Source of the DNA: Yuukianura sp. NJ FZ-2021
Lineage: Eukaryota
Length of the DNA: 64,000 nt
Assembly (NCBI GenBank): GCA_046563655.1
Contig: CM102285.1
Coordinates: forward strand, 9,610,001-9,674,000
Direction of reading: 5' to 3'
The notes beneath the pieces were generated by a model, which made no database searches, was not told where the DNA came from, and was given only the letters and a program-made list of their open reading frames with translations. Below are positions 26,052-39,359 of the stretch, piece after piece. The position numbers and the translations under genes are program-made. Position 1 is the first letter of the stretch, and each line of letters begins with the position of its first letter.

Positions 26052-26710
26052 TTTTCAATCCGACTTGTAGAAAACTATTGGAGAAACTTCTTTTCTATGT
26101 ACTAGGTGTACGTTGAAATGGTTCTGTACCGAGGCTACTCACGGGGCATTGACCCGACTTGAAATTTTATAAGCTAAGCAGTTCACAAATGAATCTATTC
26201 GTCACTTTCATTTCTTCGGTGCGTTATGATTGTGATTTTGAAACATTTTGTTTTATTTGTTAGACTGCCATATGAACGAAAATATCAAAATAGCGAGTAG
26301 ATTTTGGAGAAACGCTTCTGAATTTTCGATTTTGAAAAACGTGTATAGCGACTTGGAAAAACTTGAAAAACTGTGTCATGACTTATTTCTAAGAGTGTGT
26401 TTTTTTTATGTTTGAAAAAGGTGTTTGATCATTGTTTTACACTGACGCAAGGTCTAACGTTGTCTTGTCATGTTCGTTCAGTTAAGCTAATTAATTATAC
26501 ATTGTCCAAACTAAACGGATATTTTAAGCCTATTGCAGTTACATTTGGTTAAGTTAACTTAAAATTAGTACATATATCGTTATTGTTAATGCTACGAGGC
26601 CACAAATTGCGATTTATTTCCTCGGGCCATTTCAGATTTTCAGACTATTACAGAGGTCAATGGAATTTTAGTAATTAGCTACTTAATTTACAATTGGTTC
26701 ATCGTATTAG

Positions 26711-27627
26711 TTACACTACAGTGTCTGTCGATTGGTTCATAGTTTCGGAATTATAAGGTGGAGGTGGTTCCATTTCTACTTCTAGTTTTTCAGAGATTAT
26801 ACTACTGTATGGCGGAGGTTGGTGGTGCAAGATACTTGTTGCAGAAACGTTAGCTGGAAGCACAATTCCCATGGCTCTCAGTATTTCACGGTCACGGGCT
26901 TCGCTGTCTGACATGACGTGACGGTAGGTCTCCGGTAGCGTTGGTCCAGTAAATACAACCGGAGGTTGTACTTGTTCTAGAATTTATAAAACAATTTTAA
27001 TTCTTCAAAAATTGCTAAAGCATTTTCACTGGAAAATTTTTGTCAGTTACAATGACGCAAAGTGCGATAATAGAAAACAAAACTGTATAAGCTATTATGA
27101 ATTCTATGAAATTGAAAGAAATCACTTTCTCCAAAGGATGCACACAAAATATTTCTGACACACAAATGAAAATCATATTTTCATTACGTGATGGTGGCGT
27201 TGGAGTTGAAGTTGGAAATCGCTTTCTGCAGCGCATGATTTTGGAAAGTGCCAAAATGACGACGAAGAAAAGTCCCACAACCAATCCTGCTATGATCACG
27301 TAGATGAAGTAGCTGATTCAACAAAAATTTGACTTGAAAACGCTACTCTAAATAATATCACATAAAATATGTTAGATTTCAACATTACTCATTACTAGAG
27401 CCACCATGTTCGTGTCCATGTTCTCCTCCGGTACTATGAGTAGTGGTCACAAAAATTGGCGGCTGACAATTTACCGTACTTGTGTCATCGCAGTTGACTT
27501 TTACCGCATCTCCAGCAAGATTAGCATCAACGTTCGGATGATATTCACTGTTGGCTATAATAGTACCGAAATTGCAAACCATTGCTGTAACAGTGAACAA
27601 AAGAAATTCCACTTTCAGTATACTCAT
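26711..27627 (-). CDS. Small type-I membrane protein with two PPxY motifs (paralog A); exons 27627-27389, 27312-27188, 26976-26711
   Basis: Signal-like N-terminus, TM YVIIAGLVVGLFFVVILAL followed by basic residues, and a tail containing QPPPYS and EPPPPYN. Splice phases are consistent. Confidence 0.75.
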
Positions 27628-28098
27628 TTTGGTAACAATTTCTGAAAACTTCAAGTACAGTGCAACATATTGTTAAATTCAAGGCAAACCAACTGCTGAA
27701 GGCGAAGGTTGCTAAAAATGAAACTCAGGTTACTGTAATGCTGGATTGCAATGTTGCAGATTTTACTTCATGTAACATAAGTGTTGTAAAACGTGGGTTA
27801 ATCTCTGTCGCGGCTTTATCTCACCGGACATCAGAATTATCAGTACAACTACATATTATCGATCCGTGAAGTTAGTTTTGGGTGTCACTATCATGTGTTC
27901 TTTTTGCGGAAATTGTTGCAAATATTTACATTTGTGATTGACACAGGAAAAAAAACTATAAGGAAACATATATTGGTGTTTTTTAAATTTTCTATAGGAA
28001 GTTGACAGTGCATGCTTCAAGAAATTCTTGCGTCCCCGTTTTCTACTAAGAAGGAAAGCTTGCTTTCACTTCAGCATTCCCTTGATGAAAGTAACTCC

Positions 28099-29054
28099 TC
28101 AAATGCTCATTGTTTCTGGGTTATATGGAGGTGGTAGTTCCATTTCGATTTCAATTTCGGGTTTCCCAGAAATCATAAGCGTACTGTAGGCTGGAGGTAC
28201 ATCCGTCACTACCGTCGTAGAAACTCTTGGTAGAACAACTTGGTATGCTAACATTGCATCGCTGTTAAGGTTCGATACGCTTTGGTAATAGTTGTCATCA
28301 ACTGTGGAGAACGTAACTTGAGACGTATCTAGTTCTAAAAAATTGAGAAAGTAATATAATAACTTCAGAAAATAATAGATAGTGCTGTTTTTTAAATCGA
28401 GCTGATCTGCTCATTGAGCGCAAAGTAAATCAAAAAAAAAGTTGCTGCGCATGATTTTCAAATTCTGCTTCCGCTAAAGCCGTTAACAAGCAAACCAAAT
28501 TTTGTTTGTTTTATACTTACGTGAAGATGAAGTTCTATGTGCCAGTTTCAGGTAGAACTTCTTATGACAGAACCGAAGAAGCAAAGCAAGTGCTGTTGTG
28601 ATGCCAATAAACGCTATGATCAACACGAATGGGGCAAGCTGGTTGAAGCTGTAACAAGAATAGAATCATATTCTGATGAATATGTCTCTAATTCCTGAGG
28701 AATCATTTTAAGTTTGCAATTAAATCAGCCTCACAGTTTTCTATCTTTGTGAATAACGTCAACGTGACCCGGTTCCTGTCGATTGGTATACGGCGGCGTC
28801 ACACTTCCGGTCGGTTCCGGCGGCTCAACTTTGGTTGTTAAGCGTGTTTCAGACGACTCGGGAAAGTCGTCGCGGTTTACATTTCCGCCAGTAGAACCGT
28901 ATCCACGGTTTCGAATGGAAGGAGTTGGCGTCAGGCAGGCACTGCCTCTGCAGTTGCCAGGATCGTCTTGACCTGCAGGTTGACCTGTAACCCTGTAGCG
29001 GCCGACCACTACAGCGGGAATGCACAGAAGAAACGTTATTCTGCCTCTACACAT
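28099..29054 (-). CDS. Small type-I membrane protein with two PPxY motifs (paralog B); exons 29054-28735, 28648-28521, 28334-28099
   Basis: Signal-like N-terminus, TM FVLIIAFIGITTALALLL, and tail VPPAYS...EMELPPPYNPETM that aligns with paralog A. Same intron phases (2,1). Confidence 0.75.
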
Positions 29055-30936
29055 TTTGATAGTACTAAACTTCAGCAAATGTCAGCTACCTAGCAACATT
29101 TTTGGAAGATGACTTAGGATTGTGTTTAAATTTTATTTGGTTAAGTGAAATTGCTTAAACACGGATTGTAATTGATATTTTATATCAATATTTACGGCGC
29201 ATGATATTGTATCCATAGTTTTATCTGTACCGGGAATGCCAACATGATCACTGTTTCTTATCGTTACGAGTACGTACTACGTAATATAAATGGTCTCCAT
29301 TGTGATGGCTGTTGTGACGAAAATATTGAATGTATGGACGTCTATATGAAATCATCAACATTGAAACGCAAAATATTTTGAATCTAAAAATCGAACTTTG
29401 GCAAACCTTGAGATGGATTGTTTTGGAATTTCCAGTCACATTATTAATGCATCACACCACACCTTATCATTTCATAAAGGAATGAATCATGAAAGTGTGA
29501 ACCAAATTCCGGTACGGAATTGTCGGTTTGATGTTTGACCTTAATTCATGACTTTTTACCATTGAATTGATCAATGAACTTAAGGTAGCAAGAGCTGTAG
29601 GCAGCGAAAGTAATCTCGCAAACGGTTCAACATTTCCGGGATCTGCTTTCACTGGTGAACATCGCGTGACATGGGTGACATGAGTTCAAATGTTTTATAC
29701 TTAGCATATGTGAGTGTGATAGTTAACGTAATTTTTCGTAATAATAACCTAATATAGTATGCCTTTCATAGTAATTGTAGATATTATAATCACAGTTTAT
29801 TTTCAGGTTTAATTGGAAATTTGGCAATGAATTGGCATATGCATAAATCTGTTGTAGCGTAAATGTACCTGGTATCTAGATACATCAATCTGCCATCTCA
29901 CTCATGAGAACTCACGAATGTCATTAATTGCAGATTCACAACATGAGAAGATGACTCAAACTACATAAATTTTCGAAAAACTTTTGTCTTTTTGACAAAG
30001 TGATGTCTGAAAATGACTCGGGTGAAAGGATCACAATAATGATTCAATTGTACTTTTGTAAATATTCCGTAAAATGATTAGTGACTTTGGTACTACCAAC
30101 ATCCCGCAAATTCAACTTCCTGTTGAAAAGTGGAAGGAATTTGGCATAAATTTTGGCACGGATCGAAGACTTGAAAGTAGTTGGTGGATGACTGACAGCT
30201 TAAAGTAAACGGAGGAAGAAATTGGATGTAAAGACAAATAAATCCTTGTTCTGATCCGAAGATGATCTGAGTGTTTTAGCATCAAAAGATGAGGGATAAA
30301 ACAGCATTATCTTATTGAACATCCTTCTTTCTAAAATTCTATTTTAAGACACAACATATTTTTCTGTTTTATAGCCCAATTTGATTCAAAAATGCTAAGA
30401 ACTCAGGCTGCAACTATCAAGCTTTTCTACAATCTGTACTTTCTTGTTTCGTTCCAGAGAATTCAGAAATTTTTCTAGATTTAGAGATTTTATAGAGCAA
30501 AAAACCGCCTGTTTGATGATTCTATCGGGTGCTTTTATTTCTAAGAATTCCGCTTTTTTTAAAATAATGGCAACTGAAATCTTAAACTCAAAAAACACTT
30601 CCCTTCATTCTGCCAAAAATCTTCTTCTCTGCTCCGTCGAATATGAGAAGAGAAGATGCGAAAAAATTGAAAATTCGGAGCTTCGAACGAAAAACGAAAA
30701 AAGTCTCAGTTTCAAAGTGGATTTACGGCATTTGACATGTTGGTGCCAGGGATTCAGGGAAAGTGTTTAGAAACTTCAAAAAGCAAGAAATAAATTTTCG
30801 TTTTGCAGTGAAATCCAGTAAATAAATCAACCTTGGAATTTGAAAAAAAAGTAAACTTCCTGTGAGATAAGTTGGGAGATCACAAATTGTATTAAATTCT
30901 GGTCATCAGTCAAGTTCTTTGTGAAGTGAATTAGCA

Positions 30937-33900
30937 ATGTATTTGGATGACCTGGAAGAGGGAGAAGAGGTCAAAGGTCGTGCTACAAAACTCAGTAGGT
31001 GTATCGCCGGAGCCTGGAAAGTGGCAACTTTCATCCTATCTCACGTGGGCCTAATTTCATTGGTCATTTCGTATTGCGTTCTTGGTGCTTTCACTTTCGA
31101 GGGCCTGGAAAAGCAGCATGAGCTCAACGTAACATTTTTAATACTAATTATTCTGTTAAATTGATGACAATATTTGAAATTTGAGATGCATAATGAAACC
31201 TACATCAAACCAAACTGGTTTTCAATTTTCGAAAAAAGTTTCACACTTACGAGAAAAAAAGTTTGACAAAAAGAAGTTTTGTAATTAAAAGCTAAAAATA
31301 GACACGAACGAACGATCATAAAAGTGGATTTTCTAATCAAAAACTCAATTTTCAGAGAAGGAATAAGTTTGACGGGGGAGGGCGGAACGTCTAGTGTTTA
31401 TAAATTGAAATTTCAAGCTTCGGTTTTCACTAAAATTAATTTCAAAAGAAGAGTGTGTAAATCATCTAGGTGGGTGAGTGTGAGACACAAGTGCTGAAAT
31501 TATAAATCAATTCACCACCAAAATGTTTGATGATGCGCTACCTAAAGCAGGACTTTTAAAACCCAAAATTTTATTTTTAGAAGAGAAAACCATTTTCCCT
31601 TTGAGATATGTACGACAATATTATTTTAGTCATTCGTGATTTGTTTGATGCTTACTTGAAGTAGTTTGAAGAAAGAGAAATCACTACTTTTCAAAAGAAA
31701 TTTAACGCTCTTTCTGTTTTGATTTTCAAACAAGGTGAAAAACAACATGAGTCACATCCGGGCAGAAGTGTCCAGGTACCTTTGGGATATGACCGAGAGG
31801 ACGGATGTCATACGACCCGTAGAGTGGAAGGTCAATGCCACAGATCGACTCAAAGTAAATCACGTTTTCAAAAAATTGAAGTTGTAATTTATTTTTTGAA
31901 ATTTTTATTTTCACTTTTCAGAAATTCGAAACAGATCTAATTTTGTTGATGAAAAAGGGGGGATGGGATGGGTCTGAAAGTAATGCAACTCAACAATGGA
32001 CTTTCTCAGGAGCTTTGTTCTACTCCATTGTTGTGGTCACTACAATTGGTAAGTATTTAAGCAGCTTTGACCCGGAATTTCAAAATAAATTAAAATATTT
32101 AATTTATATTTAAAACTTATAACTACCCTGACTTAAGCACCCTATTGGCTAAGCGTTGCTGATCCTCTGGCGTGTACCATCTCAGCAGTAGTAGGTCAAG
32201 TGTGTCGTCAACAACATTTGAGCCGCCTTTGACAATGTTTTCGAGCAAACCGAGTCTGACACCAGCCGTGGCCTGTTGCCCAGAAGTTGTTCCGTCAGAT
32301 TTAGTCGGTTGAAAATCTCGAGTGTTTTGCTGTTTTGTTGACCCTCCGTCATCTGGGATTGATCTCGTTCTTGTAGATGACGCACAGCATAGCTTGTTTC
32401 CGCCTGCGCAGCTTCCCTAAAAAGTAATGTTGAATAGACATGTTTAGGTAAAATGTGTTTACTTAATGGAGGTTGAGAAATGTTGTTCTGACCCCTTCGG
32501 TATTCGGCAGGAAGCACTCATTTGAGGGAATGCATCTGCAACTTCCAGAGCTCGATCCTTGTCCAGAATTTCCAGAGTTTCCAGGGTTACTTGAAGGTCT
32601 GGAAAAACTGCTACCTCCGGGAGTTAGGATTGGAAATGTCGTTCCAGAAGTTGACGCTGGAAGTGTCGATGCTCCATTACTGTTGCTAGGCCTGGAAGAA
32701 CCACTGCCTCCTGATGCTGAATTTCCCTTGGACGGTCGTCCCAGCAGAATTTCCAAAGCGGATCCAGTGAGTTGTGGCACAGATTGAAATATCGAAGTGA
32801 TCAAGTTCCCTCCAATGCTAACTGGAATGAGTTACAGAACTGCAAACTTAATTTTCTGAAAACTTTTGAAAACTTCAAATTTTGAAATATATTTTTCTTC
32901 TAAAATTCAGTATGAATTTTATTGGTATACTAGAAATGTACTGAACTAACACAGTCCTCCACCGGTTCCACCGCTACTACCTCCGCCACCACCACCGCCC
33001 AAGCTCTGGAGGGCATTTGAAACGAAATTTGCAGCGCCGGGTATTAGCCGAGCTTCGCTGTTTCCATTGTTGACTAATCGAATGCTATCTGCCGGTAAAG
33101 CAGAATTGTCACCCTTGTTGGATGTTGAGGCTAGAGAAAATTAAAGCAAAAGAATCAACACAATTCTTTTAAGGGAAATTTAGGTGATATGAAATGTGAA
33201 AGTCACAATTGAAGTTTTGAAATGATTGAAATTGAACTCTTGAGTTGAGAGAGAGGTTTTAAAATTTTTGAAAAGAGATTCTTTTACGTCTGGAAGGTGA
33301 ATCTGGAAAAATTGTAGCTTTTCCACTAGTCTGTCTATCCCGGTCACGATCACGCCCGAAATTCACTTCACCGAAATTAACATTTTGTGATCCAGAGGCA
33401 CTTTGTGAATTGTATGATTCTGGAGTTCTGTTTGGATTCCAAACCCAAGTTGTTTCTGCTTTTGCACTGATCAAACAAATTGTCACACAAATCAACGCCT
33501 TTAAAAATGCTTTGCTCAACATTGTCGCAGGTCACTGTGTAAATAATTCTCTTTTTTTATGATCTGTGTGAGGATTCAACTAAGGGAATTGAGGACATGG
33601 TCCATTGATTTTATTAAAACAAAATGGGAGATTGTTGCTGAATTTGGGACAGTTCAAAGCAGAAAAGATGCCAAAAGTCCACTACTTTTTGTTTCCATTT
33701 CTGTAATATGGCTAAACAAAACTATTAGTTACAAGGATGATGAATAGCCACAAGGTGAAACGAGGCTTTCCAAAAAGGAAAATGGACTATAAATTCAATT
33801 GTTTTCGTAAAGGAAATGGAGCTATTCAAGTGGTTGAGTAGGTCAAGGGGTCAATGGAGGAGGTTGGAAGCCTTATATGTGTGGGAACAATTACAAAATA

Positions 33901-36179
33901 TGAATACCCTAATCTATTGAAAAGTGAAAGTGAATGCGATTCACCTGTAATTAAACAAAGTTTAGCACCCAAAGTCAAACCTACCCCAACTTCACAGGAA
34001 TTTACGTGAGAACCAAAACGTAGGCGTGAAGTGTACGCTTCAACCTTTACATAACATCCCCCTTTTGGCAAGGTTTCAATTATTGCATGAGGTCAGTGGT
34101 CATTCGAGCATGCTACAACATCATTATACTTTGTTTTGTATAGCCATTTAGCGCGAAATGATTTTTAATTTTCGCATTTGCAATTTTTGCACCCAAATTT
34201 TGATGCAAATGTTGATTTTTTACCTTGGATTTTGTAGGCTATGGGAATTTGGCCCCGAAGACTGACTGGGGAAAAATTGTGACAGTTCTGTACGCTGTAT
34301 TTGGAATTCCGCTAATGCTACTCTGTCTGTCACACATTGGGGATTTCATGGCCAACGCATTTAGAATCCTCTATTGGAAGGTTGTTTTTTAATTAATGAG
34401 TGTTCATAATTAAAGCTTAAAGTCTTATTACCGTTAACCTTACAGTGACATACCTTACAAAATTTACGATAACGAATTTCCTTCTACAAACCACTTTGAT
34501 TTAAAAAACGAACTGTACATTAATCAGAAAAACCCAATACATGATGAGGCTAATATACATGAAGAAAACCACAATCTCTCAACTAAAAATCTCAAAATTG
34601 CCATTTTTCCACAAATATTGAAATATTCTTAAATCCAAATTTAAGTTGGCGTTAACATGCTTAGGTTTATGTCATTTTGATTCTTCAATGTGCATTATTT
34701 GTGTCCAACCAGGAATAGTAATGTGTTTGCAGGTATGCTGCTACATGTGCAATCGTCAAACGGTCCGATTTTCCAGTCCCCCTCCAATGTCAAGAGGTAG
34801 AAGCATAAGGAACGCTGGCTCCAAATTTTCTGGGCAAGTGTATAATAAACTTGCAAAATGTTGAAACGATTTTTGAAAACAGAACTTTGCCTTTAACTTT
34901 AACTGCAGAAATCGTGGAGTAGTTAGAAGGTCAATACGAACGAGGTCCGCTAGAACTTCGCAGCGATCTGCAGATTCGGCATTTTCTGAATACGCCATGC
35001 CCAGTGCTACTCCAATGGCAGAAACTACTTTTAGGTTAGCCAAATTCAAAATTCAAACGATTTTGTTTAAAAAAAATGAAACACGTTTGATATTGTGTCG
35101 TAACTGCCACTTACTGCTTGTCTAAATTTTGTTTAGAAAACTGTTTGTCTTGAGTAGTGCAAAGTTGCCATACTTTTGTTGTGTCTTGTAGAAGGGTACA
35201 CTCAACTGAAGATTTTGAGCGTAACCAGCACCGTCGTCGACGCGGCGGTGTAGCTCGAGCAGTGGCAACCGGAAGTTTGAGACGCAAAACATCCCCGACG
35301 CAGACACTACATGTGCGTGACGATTTCAAATCGTGTTCAAAAATCGGTTCATCAGCACATAGAACGCGTTATGTAAATAGCAATGATCACAAAATCGTAC
35401 TTTCCTTTTTCTTCTTTTTAAAAATCTGTTTATGAATTATATCGTTATAAAATTAAACGTTACTTTTAGCGATCCACAAAATCGGCAGAACCTAACATGT
35501 TTCCACCAATTCCAAGTAATCTTCCTGTTCTTTGTAACAAATATGCCGAAGACGTTCCTCCAGCACCACCAGAGGAAGCCCTGAGACCGAAACGGAACTA
35601 CGTGCAGTCAATCGTTTTAGAACAGTTTGTAAGTTCTAGACTTCTAAATTAATCTCTTTTAATTAGTTAAAACTTTCATCAATGTTGCAATGGATTGCTG
35701 AATTTTGCAGGAATTGGATGCATATTTTCCAGAGGAGGAGGAATATTTATGGGAAGATGAGGAAGAGGTCGAGAAGCGTCCAGTTCCCATTTGGCTTTGC
35801 GTTCTTCTCGTTTTCAGCTACATTTTAGCAGGGGCTGCAATTTTCTCCAAGTGGGAAAACTGGCCATTTCTGGATTCTGCTTACTTTTGCTTCGTCACTC
35901 TGACTACAATTGGATTTGGGGACTACGTTCCCTTGTCAGGACACACTCGAGAAAACGCTAATATAGAAGTAAGAACTTCAAAGAACAATTTCATTTTTGA
36001 TTTTAACTTAATGTGTATGAAATTTTTAGGCAAGTATTGCACTCTGCAGCCTCTACCTCTTGTTTGGAATATCTTTACTAGCAATGAGTTTCAATTTGGT
36101 GCAAGAAGAAGTGATTTCATCAATCAAAAGAGTTGCATCGAGACTGGGAATTATTAAAGATGAAAGTGGAGGCTTTTAA
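30937..36179 (+). CDS. Two-pore-domain (K2P/TWIK-family) potassium channel, paralog 1; exons 30937-31128, 31735-31854, 31922-32048, 34238-34380, 34733-34833, 34909-35034, 35192-35372, 35470-35628, 35711-35968, 36030-36179
   Basis: M1 [21 protein letters not shown]1 [27 protein letters not shown]2 [23 protein letters not shown]4 [21 protein letters not shown]. Confidence 0.9.
32123..33522 (-). CDS. Secreted Gly/Ser-rich protein with one clip-like domain, nested antisense in K2P intron 3; exons 33522-33288, 33130-32951, 32821-32493, 32416-32123
   Basis: Signal peptide [22 protein letters not shown]. Spliced cysteine pattern [10 protein letters not shown]9-C-x6-CC. All junctions are GT-AG and in frame; stop TAG at 32125-32123. 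Confidence 0.7.
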
Positions 36180-36326
36180 ATTTGTTATGGTAAAAGTCTA
36201 ATAACGTCGGGTTTGTAAATTGCAATATCTCAAATCATATTGCAGCGAAGTTTGACTGATAGTTGTTTAATTTCTTCGGGCTAATATGAATTTTTGACCT
36301 CTGCTAGAGTAGGTTGCAGTTTAAAT

Positions 36327-37656
36327 TTACACTGGGGTAATTGCCAGGGTCGATTGACCTTGTTTGCCCAAACGCATGATCTTGGTTTGTCGCTTTTCAA
36401 CGTAAGGATCAAGTTCGAGGACAGTGTCGCCCAAGTCATCTTCTCCTGCTCCGTCGGAATCACGGACTTTGAACACAAGCCACTGCGCAGACAAAAACAA
36501 AAGTTAATTTTGCAAGTTGCAAGTGCAACTTTATTTTGGTACTTAATACTTACCAGGTCAGTTCCCTTGATGTAGTTGGGGAATTCAAGAACCTCGTTCC
36601 AATCTGGATTCTCGTGGTCATTGATGACTTTTGTTTTGGCAAACTGGCGCTCTTGACCTTTGGCACCTCGTCGCCAGAAGCATTTCACATACGGGTCACT
36701 CTTGCCTCCGAAGGGGTCCATATGCGGCAAATTGCTAAAACACAAAAATTGAATTTAAAGAATTGTCAACAATACGAAACATCTACGAGATTGGACATTG
36801 ACTTTTACCGAGCGTAAAGAGTAAATCGAATTGGGGTTGTTTTTTGAACGAGGATTGTTCCGCCAGTGCTGAGGGACAAGTTGGCTTTGAAGCCCTTGGC
36901 AGCAAAAGTATCTGCATCCAAGGTGGCCTCTGAAATGTCATTGTCGTGGAGTCGGTCTGAGTCTTTCAGTTTGAACTTCAGAGACTAAAAAATTACAAAT
37001 CCAGAATAAAAACTCAAAAATCATTTGATAAATTTTAGATGTAGTTTTTCAAAAAGCTAGATTTTTCATGGAATTCGGGGTTTTGAAATGTGGCGACGTA
37101 TAGTACCTGATTTGATCCTCGCTTCCAGTTGAACCAGATGACGGTGGCAAATTCAGCGTTCGGAGCATCATCAATCACCTCGGTTTGACCAATCTTCACT
37201 GGCTCAATTATCGTCTTTGATGTTTCATAAACCTTGAAGTAGGGATCAATGGTATCCAATGCCTTGCTTGGCAGTTTCCTGCATAAGTAAAAAAAATAAA
37301 CTTACGCCATATGGAACACACTTTGCATCAAAATATAAGCAATTCTTAAAGCATGAAAGCATATTTGAAAGCATTTTCTTCAAAAAACATTGGTCATACT
37401 CTGCCGTAATCTGGAAACTGATGTTGTGGCTGAAGCTGTCAGGAACAAAATTTGCTGGTGGAGCAGGCAGAACGCTTGGATTGACCTTTGGAGCCGGCGG
37501 TGGCGCTGGTGGGGATACTTGTGCCCGACTTGGGGCTGGAGCCGGAGGCGTGTACCTGGTGTTTGTATTAGTATTTGCAGGCGTTGGACCTGAGCGGTAG
37601 ATGTATTCTGCTGATCCAGCAGCAACAAGTCCCAATAAAGCCAAAACTCGCAACAT
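36327..37656 (-). CDS. Signal-peptide, Pro-rich, tandem C2-domain (copine-like C2A/C2B) protein; ~5 exons (37656-37400, 37278-~37107, ~36984-~36810, ~36734-~36553, 36482-36327)
   Basis: MLRVLALLGLVAAGSA signal and PPAP repeats. C2 motifs DTIDPYFKV...IGQTEVIDD, NLPHMDPFGGKSDPYVKC...KTKVINDHENPDW and FKVRDSD. Confidence 0.8.
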
Positions 37657-37937
37657 CTTGGCAATTTTTTGTTTTGTTTTTTCAAAACCAACCAGAAATC
37701 CGGGTTGCGGAGAGCAGATTCCATTTATAAGGAATTCTTAATTAAGATGGTTAATTAAGCCGTTCTTTCCACAAACTCGTTTTCTAAACTGATTGACCTC
37801 AATTAATTCCTCATTCTTGAGAGGCATGGTCACATTTTATTAAAAATGATCATTTCTGTGTGTCGAAATTAATTCCGGTCAATTGTGGGAAGAATTTCGT
37901 AAGAAACTTAAATTCAGTGGAAAAAACTGTGAATGAC

Positions 37938-38549
37938 TCAGCGTTGATGAAGATGCGGATATTTTTGCAAGTCCCGAACTGGAAGAGGTCCTCTGTCTAC
38001 AATTGCGTTGAATCCGTTGACTGGATCTGCAGTGTAGGTGACCGTGCGCAGAGATCCGTCCGTTTCGACGAGTTGATATTGACCTTTGACCACTCCGCCT
38101 TCGCGTTGTTCGTTGTGGCTGTGGATGTCACCATGGTATGGGTCGTTCACAGCATAGCCAAACTGGTACGATGCATTTGGGTCATAGTATGGCTCTACAA
38201 TAATGTGCAAATGAATTTCAGTTTTTTTCAAAATGGAAATTAAAATTGTTCAACATGTAAACCAAAATTTTGAAACTTCAGAAGTTCTATGAAACTGACC
38301 TGGTTTGGCAACACGAAGTGGCTGCTGCTGGTAATACGCTGGAGGACGAGAATATTGATTTCGAGCGTACTGCTGGGAACTCACCACCAATATCAGCATC
38401 CCATGCATAAGTGCTAAAACCTGCGTTAAAGTTGAAAGATTTTGGGCGTTCATAGCTTTTTAAAAAACTAAATGACTTCACTACACACATAGCTTTGTTT
38501 TCTGGAAAGCAAAAAAACTTACGACAAAGTGGGTACCCGTTTCCATCAT
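37938..38549 (-). CDS. Cuticular protein, RR-2 (Rebers-Riddiford) family; exons 38549-38523, 38420-38300, 38194-37938
   Basis: [57 protein letters not shown] matches the RR-2 consensus. Signal peptide is split over a short first exon. Confidence 0.9.
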
Positions 38550-39359
38550 TAACGCGTGATCTCTTAAACTTTTTACAATTGCTAGAATGTTGCTGATTGT
38601 GGTCCGTACAATTTACTGCAACTGGCGATGCAATAATAAATAGAAGTCCATTTTGTTTATTAACGCATCGCATCACATCCCAAATCTCTCAATACAACAC
38701 AATGCATTTTTGTTGCTCCGTCTTACAATGAACTCGAAGGCATTTCACTTTCTACTCCAATGTCAACAACATAAGATAGAAATGGTCTCAAGTTGTGAAT
38801 TGTGATATAACCTAAAGTGGTTTACGCTTAATTAAGAAACCTTAAAACATTTCCCACAACATATATAGTAGTATACAATAACTTTAGACACTTAGACTGC
38901 ATACATAGTTGATTGCAAAGTAAAGCGAAGTCCATTGGGTGTGGTGAGCCAAAGGCACGTCCTCGGCGTACGTGTGGAAATTGTTTACAACGATTCGAAG
39001 GTTTTCGATCGTGCATACATCCGCATCACGTCCACTTTGATTTATAGTCTTTATGATCCAAGCTTAAAGTAGAAAATCACTGGGATTGATACGAAGGTTT
39101 TACAGGATTTGAAATTTCGAAAGGCTTTTTATTTTCATGGAAAATTTTAGAAATTTTGGGGAGTATGAATGTTTTCTGAAATTAAACTTTACTATCAATG
39201 CTTTATGTTTAATTCTGGGAATTAAAATTTTAAGTCGGGTTTCTAGATTATGGGTTGCAAATTCTATAATTAAAAAGAAAAGAAAAACTAAAATTCAGTC
39301 GAATTTCTGAAATTCTGCTTCTCGCACTTTGAAGTTTTCTGAACTTTTGCTTTAACAAG

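Noticed and set aside
29100..30900. Possible gene between the PPxY pair and the K2P channel
   Set aside because: Only low-complexity short ORFs; more likely promoter and 5' UTR exons of the flanking divergent genes.
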